Source: Phaeosaccion multiseriatum (lineage: Eukaryota; Protista; Ochrophyta, other classes). Taken from it: DNA of 64,000 bases. Position numbers and translations under genes: made by a program. Positions 49,047-60,062 of the stretch are shown here, in pieces; the first letter of the stretch is position 1, and every line of letters begins with the position of its first letter. The stretch lies in NCBI GenBank assembly GCA_965112735.1, contig OZ218954.1, positions 3,534,001 to 3,598,000 on the forward strand, written 5' to 3'. Under the pieces are notes generated by a model. It did no database searches. It saw only the letters and a list, made by a program, of their open reading frames with translations, and had not been told where the DNA came from.

Positions 49047-49249
49047 CTCATGTATACAGTTAATGGCATGTTGGAAAAAAAAAGAAATGGTTGAAGCCGT
49101 CCAACCTGCTAACCTCTCATGTATACAGTTAATGGCATGTTGGGAAAAATAGAAATGGTCGAAGCCGTCCAACCTGCTAACCTCTCATGTATACAGTTAA
49201 TGGCATGTTGGGAAAAAAAGAAATGGTCGAAGCCGTCCAACCTGCTAAC
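49047..49249. repeat. Minisatellite, 3 x 68-69 bp, just beyond the stop codon of ANK-BTB copy 4
   Basis: Unit CTCATGTATACAGTTAATGGCATGTTGG(A)nGAAATGGTYGAAGCCGTCCAACCTGCTAAC at 49047, 49116 and 49184. Confidence 0.92.
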
Positions 49250-49288
49250 GTTAACCTTTGCAAGGGCTTGACTTATGCGATGTTTCCC

Positions 49289-51258
49289 TCATTTAGCCAG
49301 CTCGAAGCCGTACAGAGTCATGAGCGCCTTCACCTCCCTCGACATGGCCTCCATACAGAAGAAGTCCGCTGCCTGCAGAGCCTGCTGCGCTCTTACCTCG
49401 TCAAACAGCATTTCGTGCTTCCTCTTTCTCTTTCCGACTGCCCCCCCACTACTCCCTCTGTCTCCTCCGCTATCACTGCCACCGCCCGTCTCAGAAGTTG
49501 TGCTGCTGCTATTGATGCCGGACCTACTCTCTGTGCTCAGCAGCCCACGACGCCCTCGGGTAAGCAGGCTCTTGACGCTACCCGTCGTGACGAACTGCAC
49601 CACAGCCGCAAAGCCCTCCTCGGTAAAGTCCACTCCGTCAAACGTCACCTCCACCTCGTCCTTGGCCTTGCCCTTGATACCCATGAAGCCACGCCCCGCC
49701 GGGTCCAGCATGGTGGGGAGACTGCCTGACGCCGTGTCATGCCTGTCCGAGCCGTCAGAGCTCCCTCCCTCCCCGTCAGTTTTGTTCATCAGCAGTTCCA
49801 TCAGGGGTATGCTCAGTGTGTACGGCGTCTCCCTGCTCTTCCCCGTTGTCCTGTCTACCAAGCGCACTCGCACCACACGGCCCTCCTTGGCGGCCTCAGT
49901 ATAGGCAGAGCCGGAAGAGATGTGTCCAGCTATGGTGTTGCAAACGCGGTCAGAGGCAGATAGTGCCGCTCGATCTTTACTCCAGGACGCGGTGATGACA
50001 TCCCCACAATCGCTCTCTCCAGCCAAGGCCATGACTGGCTTGGTGACGGCAGCGCCCATCTCCAGCAGGAGTGCCGCCACCTTCTCCCTATCTTTCTGTG
50101 CGCCTTTCAGACCGTGCCTCTCAAGCACTCCTAGGCAGTGGGCGTTCATGCACACCATCAAGGGGCTGCTCCTCGTGGAGGTCAGCGCATCGACCTCAGC
50201 CCCAGCCTCCAACAGGAGGTACGCAAGCCTCACGCTGCCCAATGCCGCTGCCAGATGAAGGGGTGTAATGTTGCCGTCTCGCTTGGCGTTCACATTGGCT
50301 CCTGCGTCGATCAGCTCGGCCGCAATGTCCATTCTCTCGAACTTCAGGGCACTGTGGAGCGGCGTGTTCTTACTGGAATCAAAAGCATCGAGGGAGGCTC
50401 CGAGGCGGATGAGCGCCTTCACACAGGTGGACATGCCCTTCATAGCAGCGAAGTGCAGAGGAGTGCGCTGATCAGAGGCCTTCGCGTCCACCTCCAGCCC
50501 TCGACGGAAGAGGACGTCGATAAGTTCACTGTGACCGGCAGCAGCGGCCTTGTGCATGAGAGAGCAGCCGAACTGGTCCTTCACGTTCAAATCAGCTCCT
50601 GCCTCTAGCAGCAAGGACAGGGCCTCCAATCTCCCGTCTGTGCTGCCAGAACTTCCCTCACAGCAGTGCTGGGCTGGTGTGGTACTATCGCGTCTTTCGT
50701 CTACCTCGGCCCCGGCCTTGAGAAGCATGCTCACTGACTCGGCACAACCGGCTTTTGCGGCACTCCACAAGGCGAGACTGTCCTTCACCCTGGCCTCATG
50801 CTTCAAAAGGTACGACACGATCGTGGGGTGACTTGTACCTCCGGACTTGCCACCCGCAGCTTGAGCCAAGGGCACAAAGGACTCGTAATTACGTTTGTTC
50901 ACATCTGCGCCTTCCTCCACGAGCCCCTGCACCAACCCGAAGTGCCCATGCAACGCCGCTTGGGACAGCGGAAAGTCTCTCTCACCCAACCCTCCTCCTC
51001 CTCCTCTTCCCCCATTAACGTCCAGCCCGTAATCCTTCAACAGCTTTACGCTTCCCCTCATCTGCACCCCCTTGTCCTCCATGGCCTCTTTCTCCGCGAG
51101 CGCGTGAAGAGGTTTAGGGTGTTTCTTCAGCGATTTAAAGTCGACTGAGGAGAGCACGGCTGCCAGCACGAGCGATAGCTCGTCTACGCCAACGCCCCTC
51201 CCCCCCTCGCTGCTGCTCCCATCAACCCACTCTTAATGCGCTGCAGCGCCACATTCAT
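49289..51258 (-). pseudogene. ANK-BTB copy 4 with a 1-nt frameshift near the 5' end and no C-terminal NLS; could still be expressed from the internal ATG at 51082
   Basis: Homologous start MNVALQRI at 51258. CGCATTAAGAGTGG versus CGCATTCAAGAGTGG in copies 1-3 (missing C, ~51235). Downstream frame is intact to ...GFELAK*. Confidence 0.7.
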
Positions 51259-51779
51259 CGCCTCCGTATGGCGCTCCTTCGCCACTTTCATCGCCTCCCT
51301 ATACCTACAATAATTCATCGTGTAATTCATGTAGAGGAGAAGGAGGAAAGAAAGAGGGGAAAAGGGAAGGGTACAGGGTAGGGTATAGAAGTAGAAGGAG
51401 CAGTAGCTTATAGCAAGTCGTTTTCTTAAAGTACCCTTGCTTATAGTAGGGGGGGGGGGGTCTACAACTGGGAGGGGAGGGATTCGGGAGGGGAGAACCA
51501 AAAAAAAATGTTACGTGGCTCCATTACGTAAGAGTTGGTCGTCTGAGCATTTTTTATCCCTTTTGTGAGAAGAGAGAAGAGACAAGTAAAAAAACGCTTT
51601 GCTGCACAGATTGCCTTAGGAAGTGGACGGAAAGAAACGGCACTGGCCCTATTCAGCAAGGCGCTAGAAATCAACCCTTTTTGAGCGTCCACTTTCTTCT
51701 GTGCCTTTTGCGCTGGGCAATAGAGGAGCAATCGAATTGGTGTCCATCCCACGCGGCAGCACAGCACCACCGCTCCGTC

Positions 51780-52603
51780 ATGGCGACTGTCAATGGCATG
51801 AGCAACGCCCTGAAGCTGTCGAAGAACTACGGTCCCAGAGCAGCAGTAGATCTCTACCGGAAGAGCGTGCGTGTGCTGCCTCGGGTGTTGTCCATCTATT
51901 GCCTGAACGACATTTCGGTCCCAGAGGTAAGAAGTCGAGGTACCTACCCAGTGGGCTGAGTATGTCATTGTATGGGGGGTTTCGGGGCGTACCTTGTAGG
52001 CAGGCTGATTGCAGAGCCACCCTTGGGCCTCGCTGCCGGAAAAATGACTTGGGTCAGTTATCATCATGGGCCTTTGGGCCTTGCCCTCCCCTTTATCACA
52101 TGTCTGCACGCGCCAAGACTCACCCCGCTGCTTCTCCCGTGGACCTTCCTCCGTGTCTGTCTTCCTTCTGCTGTCTCAAATTGCCACCGTTCCTCCGTCT
52201 CCCTCAAACCCCTCCTCCCTCGACCCCCCCCTCTCCCCGGCTTTCCCCTCCCTCCCACCCCACCCCTACTCCACAACCAACAACCAACAACACACACATA
52301 CGCAAACAACACAAACAAACAAACAACCTATCAACCAACCACCACCAACAACAGGGCCGGAGAGCTCTCGCCAACCTCTTCCGAGCCAACGCCAACGTCA
52401 AGGACAAGGGCATTCAGCACCACATGATTGTGAAAGGCTACATGGAGCTGGAAGAGACACTTATGCAGTATAAACAAAAGTCGCACCTCATGTACCTGCT
52501 TGGGGAGCCCGCGGCGGACAGCAGTCTGCGGCTGCCCCAGGGCAAGGAGGACTTCTCACAAAAGTTCGTCAAGGGCAGACGACTGACTCGCGAGCTGTCT
52601 TGA
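51780..52603 (+). CDS. NDUFA6: NADH:ubiquinone oxidoreductase subunit A6 (B14, LYR family), exons 51780-51926 and 52355-52603
   Basis: AVDLYRKSVRVLP..IYCL..ISVPE|GRRALANLFRANANVKD...MIVKGYMELEETLMQYKQKSHLM...FSQKFVKG. Confidence 0.88.
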
Positions 52604-53369
52604 GATGGGCAGGCATATGGGCAGATGTATGACAGGCATATGGACAGGCTGCCCAAGGGCAAGGAGGGCTTTGCAGAGGAGCTTGTCAAGGGCGGACGAC
52701 TGACTTGAGATGAGCAGGCATATGGGCGGGCAGGCAGGCATACGGGCGCTAGGGGCAGACGTGAGCTGGTGAAGATAGACGGGCAGGCAGGCGTATGCGC
52801 GGGCAGGTAGTCATGTGGGTAGACGCTCCTGAGCTCGGGAGAAAGTAGCCAAGCCACGGGTAGGCAGGCGTATGGGCAGCAGCGTCGCGCATGGGCATAC
52901 GCGAGGCATAAAGGCAACAGGGAGGCGTGTGGGCAGCAGGGAGGCATATGGGCAGCAGGGAGGCAGGCAGGCGTATGTGCGTCCCCATGGAGGAGGCAGT
53001 TTATAGGAGGTAGTGATGATTGATGTAGGTACGGTAATAGTAATGTAAAGCAACTTTAGACCTCGGCTCGATGCTGTCTTTCATTTCACTCTTTTGTTTC
53101 CCCCTCTGCTGCTCGCGACGACGGCTCTCCCCCCGTGAGGGAAAAGGACTTACCACTCCTGCGGCGTGCGTTGTCCGTTCTTCAGGTGACGGACGGACGG
53201 ACACACAGACAGATGGACAGCCAACCAAACAGACGCGTTGTCTCCGAGGGTGGGCTCTATCTAGACGGAGGCCGGGGTGGCACTCGACACAGCACTACTC
53301 AAGAGGCTGGAGAGGGGAGAGGGGACACTATACACACATCGTGTATGTGCAGGACAGAGCATCTCGCCC

Positions 53370-53418
<49 letters not shown>

Positions 53419-53432
53419 GCTGTCTGTCTGTG

Positions 53433-53465
<33 letters not shown>

Positions 53466-53863
53466 TTCTCTCTTTCTTTCTACTACGTCGTACTGGTAAT
53501 ATTTATATTATGTACGTAGTACAAAGCTCCCACCAACAGGGAGAGGGAGGGGGGGGCATCTGAGACCGTTACTTCCCACTCGCAGCAGCAGCAGCAGCAG
53601 CAGTAGCAGCAATTGGTGATACAGCAGCACCCTTGGCCCCACTGACAAACGCCCTGTTCGAGTAGAGCACAAGACGCCGTGCGGTCCAGCGCATCCGCGG
53701 CACGACATAAAATATGGCGATAATATCGATATCAATGTCGATATCAATGAGCTCTATTCCATTTCTTGGGGTCTCTGAGACTCTGAGAGACTGCCCACCG
53801 CCCACCCTTTACGTCTCCGGTCTCTGGACCAGAGGGATCCGCTTCCCCCTTTCACCCGTCCTT

Positions 53864-54071
53864 CTAAGGCTGTTGGTCATCCGCAGCGGCTTGCGGGGTG
53901 ATGCCTGCGTCGGAGTAAGGCGTGCACTTTCGCTCCTTGGCGGCCAGTCGCCCCGTCTCCGTTATGACCGTGACCTGTGGCATACACACATTAGCAACCA
54001 ACATACAAGCACCGCAGTTGGTGATACAGCACCGGCATCGGGAGGGGGAGCAAGGGAGGGACACGAGAGAG

Positions 54072-54131
<60 letters not shown>

Positions 54132-57100
54132 GAGAAGGATGAGTGCTCCCTCCCTCTCCGCCGGGCTATGGGCCAAGTCCATCCCTCCTTTCTTCTCGCC
54201 CTCCTCCAGTCTCTCCTTCACTGACTTACCTCGTCTCCGACAATCTCGAGTGCCTCTGGGGGCCCTCCCATCATGGCGGTCATTCCCGTGTCTACCCGCC
54301 ACACAAGCCCATCAGCAGCGCTGTTGATGCCCAGCTATAAAAAAGAGAAGAGAAGAGGAGGAGAGAGGAGAAGGAGGAGGGGGAGGAGAAGGGGGGGAGC
54401 AGGAGGAGGAGGAGGAGGAGGGGGAGGAGGGGGAGGAGGAGGAAGAGGAGGAGGAGGGAGACGAGGAGGAGGGAGACGAGGAGGAGGGAGACGACGACGA
54501 GGAGGAGGAGGAGGAGGAGCAGGAGGAGGAGGAGGAGGAGGAGGAGGAGGAGGAGGAGGAGGAGGAGGAGGAGAAGAGAGTATGCAAAACTCGTCAGTAT
54601 CATCCCTCGGCGCACGGTAGTGTATCTCTCTCTCAGCTGCAGAGGCCAAAAGCTCTCTACCGCCTTTCTTTTTTTAAAAATAGCCTCCAAATGTGACTCT
54701 CTTGTCCGTCTGTAAAAGCTGTAACGTCAGGTGTAACGTCAGATGTAACGTCAGGTGCCGTCCTTCCCCCTTACCCTCTGTGGCGTGTGTCCCACGATCA
54801 TCCTCTCGCAGCCCGTGCGTTTCAACACCTCCACCAGCTGAGAGCGGTGCTCCACTCCAAGGTCACGGGAGTCCGGGGTGCTGAGGGTAGGGGACCAAGG
54901 GAAGGAGGGAGGGAGAGAGGGAGGGTGGGAGGGAGGGATAGAGGGAGGGAGAGAGGGAGGGAGGGAGGGAGGGAGGGAGGGAGGGAGGGAGGGAGGGAGG
55001 GAGGCAGGGGAGGAGGAAGGGAGGGAGGGAGCGGGGGAGTGAGAGGGCGGGGGGAGGGATAAGACAAGAGAGTGAGAGGGTGGGGAATAGTAAGAAGTAC
55101 GTATTGGGAGTGTGGGCATGGGGCATCGTACAATGCCGCTAGACGTGGGTACGGGGGGGGCTACTTTGGTTTAGGTTACGTCCTTCCGAAACCGAGCTGT
55201 CCAAAACATACACACACACCTTGCACCCTCTCTCTCTGTGCTCTCTCTGTGCTCTCTCTCTCTCTCTCTCTCACTCACTCCCATCCGCTCACCATCCATC
55301 CACACGCCCACCCTACCCACCTGTAAACCCTGCTCCACACAAGGCTCTCCCCCCCGAGGAGTATCTCGGGGGGTCTGGTGAGGCCGACGAGCCACTCCCA
55401 AGCCATGGTGTTCATCTCCTCCATGCTGTGCTCGTCGAGGTGATCAGGAAGCAGGCCTGCATGCACCAGCAGGTTGGGGCCCACCTGAGCACAGTCGAAT
55501 CCGAGCCGCCATTTGAGGACGGGGCAGTCGTTATAGACAGAGAGAGAGTGTGTGTGTATGTGCATGTGAGTGTGTATGTGTGCCCGCGCGTGTGTGTGTA
55601 TGTGCGTGCGTAGCAGGGACGCTTGCTCGCTGACTTACTGACCTTCAGCACTGCGCTGTGTCCGGACAGGAGCTTTCCCACAGGGCCCTGTGTGAGAGAG
55701 GGAGATACATAAAGGGAAGAGAAGCGTAATATGCATTAAAATATTCCGTGGAACATTAAAAAGGAGCGGAATCAGGGACGGAATCAGAATAAGGCTAGCG
55801 AGAGGGCTGGCATGGCCAGGACACTCTCTCGCTGCTCACCCACTCACCAACTCGCTCGGCACTCCCTCCCTCCCCTGCGCAGTCCCTCCCCCCTCCCCTC
55901 CCCCTCTCCCTCCTTCCCTACCTCTCTCCCTCCCTCATTCCTTCATTCCCTCCCTCCCTCCCTCCGTCCGTCCGTCCGTCCCTCCCTCCCTGCCCGCCAC
56001 CCTCCTCCCCCCCTCCCTCACTCACCCTTGGGTTCATGGCTGCCACTCTGCACTTCATCCAGTCTTCGTACCCTCCGAGCTTCTCTTCATACCATTTATC
56101 GCCGAAGGTCGAGTCAAGTTCCTGAAGGGAGAGGAGCAAGGTGTGTGTGTGTGTGTGTGTGTGTGTGAGTGTATGTGCGCGCGTGAGTGTACTCTCCCTC
56201 CCTCTGTCTCCCCTCCCTCCCTCACTCACTCACTCACCGGTCTGAGCTGTTCAAAGGGCGGGAAAGCATCATGAGTGGCCATGGAGTGGTCACCCCTGCG
56301 GGATTAGGGACAACGGAGGGAGGGGAGGGAGGGGGGAAGGTAGGAAGGGTAGGAGGAGGGCAGGGAGGGAGAGGGGACAGAAAGAGGGGGAGAGAGAGGA
56401 GAGAGAGACATAGAGTCAGAGAGAGAAATGAGATTTTCGGAGAGGAGAAGAGCCAAACACACTCGTCAGGGCACACCCACGTAAGGTCACGTAAGACCGG
56501 CGCTACGTTGGGAGAGAGGGTATACTTTCGTTCACAAATGTCAAATATCAATCCTCCTCAAGTCTGCAAGAGGCAGAGAGTCTGCTGCAAACGCGCTCCG
56601 GAACCCCTCCCGTCAGTTCCTCCGTCAATCTCCCAATACATTCATCCACCCGCGGAATAATAATCTTCATTTCCACTGGTCGGGGAGGGAAGTGGAAGGT
56701 GTATTCTTTGTGTTCCGTGTGTTCCGTTCCGTCTACTTACAGAGCGTTCATAACCTGATGAGGGATTGATAGATTGGAAGGCACGCGGAAGGGAGGAGGG
56801 AGGAGTTGATGATTCAAAAGTGATTGAGTCATTGGCATATGACAACAAGAAGGGAGGACTGACTTATTCATTGGGACATATACACTAGAGGAATACTAGA
56901 GGAATGAGGGATTGAGTCACAAGTGATTGATTCATTGGACCATGGCGCCTCGGCCCCCACCCCTGTGCCCTGTGCCTTCTGCTGCCATCTGCTGCCATCT
57001 GCTACCCCTCCACCCACCACCTCTCTGTGCCTCCCTCCACTCTCATCCTCTCCCTCCCTCTCTGTCTCTCTCGTCCTCTCTCTCTCTCCCCCCTCCTCCC

Positions 57101-59956
57101 TCCCTCCCTCCTCCTCCCTCTCTCACTCACCTCGTGGTTTCCGAGCAAGGTGTGCACGGAACCTCCCGCCTTTTCTGCCTGTAAGGCGAGTACGTAGAGC
57201 CATTCCTCAATGTCAAGGTCCCTGTCTCCTCGATCGAATATGTCCCCACACTGATGAGGCAAACACGCGCAGGTAAGGTGAGCCAGAGATGAGGCACAGA
57301 GAGAGGAGGAGCGGGGGAGGGGTAGCCCTTTCAATTCTGTAACGACCATGCAACGACCATGCAAAGTCATGCACACAAAGTCATACACACGCCCACACAG
57401 GGACACCCACACCCACACACACACATACACCCACACACACACATACACCCACCCACCCGCACACACGCACACACACACACCCTCACCCACACAAACACCC
57501 TCCCCCACGCCCACACTCACACTCGCACACACATACACACATACATACACACACGCACCTGCACCAGCACCGCATCCCCCCCTGCCCAATTGTCGCTTTC
57601 GTCGATGAGATTCGACATTTTAAGGCACTTTTGCAGTGCGTCTAGAGGGGGTGAGGGACAGGCAACGACAGTCAGAGCAGCGGTGGGAGGAGGAGGAGGA
57701 GGAGGAAGAAGAAGAAGAAGAAGAAGAAGAAGAAGAAGAAGAAGAAGAAGAAGAAGAAGAAGAAGAACAGGAGGAACAGGAGCAGGAGCAGGAGCGAGAA
57801 GATGAGGAACAGGAGGCGGAGGAACAGGAGCATGAGCAGGAGCAAGAAGAGGAGGGAGGAGAGGAAGAAGAGGAGCAGGAGGCGGCGGCGGAAGGGGGCA
57901 GGAGGAGGAGGAGGAGGAGGAGGAGGAGGAGGAGGAGGAGGAGGAGGAGGAGGAGGACAGACACACACGGGATATCTCCCCCTCGCTATGTCAAAACAGA
58001 GTATCATCTCTCCCCCCCCCGTACTCGACTTACAGGGTACGGACGTCTACCTGTCCCCCTGTGTTCCCTCTCTGTGTCTCCCTTCTCTTTTCTCTCTGTG
58101 TGTCCCTCTCTCTCTTTTCTCTCTCCCTCTCTCTCTCTCTCTCTGCCCCTCTCAATCTGTTCTCTCCCCCCCTCTCTTCTCTCTCTCTGCCCCTCTTCTC
58201 GCTCCGTGTCCCCCTCTCTTCTCTCTCTCTGTCTCAAGATTTCACCCTCTCTCTCTCTGTCTCCCTCTCCCTCTCCGTCTCACCCTCTCACACTCCCTAC
58301 CCTTCTCTCTCCACCCTGGGGGTAGGAGTACCAGCAAACCTCACCTCTGTCTCCGTGAATGTCGCCGAACACGACAAGCCTGTTGGGCATCGGCACCTCC
58401 GTTGGCGGTAAGCGATACTTACCGTACGAGCTCACACGTCGCCCATCCATTCCTAAGTAGAGGTGGGTATGCGAGCACGTGTGCGTGGGTGGGGGCGGCG
58501 GTACAAAGTGAGAGGGAGAGAAGATAGAGAGGAGAGGAAGAAGGGATCATGTCCAGATTTGGCTTGCGGGCCACTCTCTCCCCTCCGTGTTGCAAGCCAA
58601 AGCCGGACATACACGTAGAGAGAGAGAGATTTACCCTCCAGTCTTCGCTATCCCACCCCGCTCCAACGTCCAATACCCTCGACCAAAAGGTTGCCACAGG
58701 GCACATTGCCCCCTCTTTCTGACACTCCCCATTCCTCCCCCCCTCCCAGGCTCACTTCCTCCCTCCGTCCGTCCTACGTCACCCCCTCCCTCCCTCACAA
58801 GCGTTGTTGTCTCACCTCCTACTGGCGGGTCTGCCTGAGACACGGAAGACAAGTGTGCCTTCAGAGAGGAGCCACCTACCCCGCGGCGACCGTAGCCCCT
58901 GCTGCCACCATTTTTCATGCCCATATGACTCCCACTGCTACTGGTGGTGGTGGTGGTGCTGCTGCTGCGAATTCTATCAAAGCCGGTGCCGGTGCTGAAA
59001 CGGCGCCTGCTGCTGCCGCAACCGTGCTGCTGCTGCCCTCCGGCACAGGGGGGTGTTCTGCTTGTACAGTACATGACACTGCAACAGGGGGAGAGGGGAG
59101 AAGGGGGGGAGGGGGGCTTGGCTTCCAGCAGCAGCGGCTTCTAGGGAGAGACACTATTGCTGCGTCGAAGGGCGATTCTCTTGCCTCCTGCCCCAGATGG
59201 ATTGTGCTCGCAGTTTGAATAGAATCGACCCCACTCCATCCTCGCCACTCACGCGCTCACTCACATCCTAACTAGGTCACGCACTCACTATATCACGCAC
59301 TCACTCTCCCACTCACTCACTCACTCACTCCCCCACTCACTCACTCACTCAGCTCACACTCGCTCAACACACTCACTCCATTCACGCACGTACCTTGTAG
59401 CCATTGAGCTCGACGATGACACTGCTGATGACGATGTGGAGAAGAGGGAAGAGGGTGAGACGAATGCCAGCCCTCGCCGCCGCTGCTGCTGCTGCTGCTG
59501 CTGTTGCGGCCTGCGCTTTACGGAGTTGGCTCCTCCTGGTTTTTTTCTTCCTGCATGCTCCTCACGGGCCCCGGCCACGGCCGACAGAGCAGCAGCACGT
59601 ATCAGCCCATACGGCTTGACTAAGCTCTGCTGAGATGCCTGCTGATGCTCCTGCTGTTGCTGTTGCCCATGGATGCCTGCGGGATGGGGGTGGGGCAAAG
59701 GCTGATGCTGATGAAGGTGCTGCTGCTGTTGGTGCTGAAAGCGTGCGGGCGTTCCTCGGCCGCTGAAGAGGCTGCTCCCGGTGAGGATCGCCGCTCGCCC
59801 CGCTGCAGCGACAAAGGTGTGCAGGAGGCTGGGGCGAACGACAGAGAGGGCCCGCATGCTCTTCACACGAGGTGATTTGAGTGAGGAGGAGAATTGCCAT
59901 CCTGTGACTCCGGTGAACCATCTCCTCCACCACGCACGCGCAGCAGCCGAATCCAT
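53864..59956 (-). CDS. Shewanella-like protein phosphatase (SLP, calcineurin-like metallophosphoesterase), multi-exon, long low-complexity N-terminus
   Basis: RLVVFGDIHGD, NWAGGDAVLVQ|CGDIFDRG, LLGNHE, LLVHAGL, SLVWSRVY, RMIVGHTPQ, VWRVDTGM in order. Start is either 59956 or ~59857. Confidence 0.9.
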
Positions 59957-60004
59957 CCGCGAATCCGCTGGAAATCACAGATGTCATTTTTTTGAATTAA
60001 AAAA

Positions 60005-60043
<39 letters not shown>

Positions 60044-60062
60044 AGGGTCTTATTATCATAGC

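Noticed and set aside
1722-59956. Functional gene cluster among the housekeeping genes
   Set aside because: The functions (lipase, palmitoylation, ribosome biogenesis, Golgi, B12, sugar transport, complex I, phosphatase) share no pathway.
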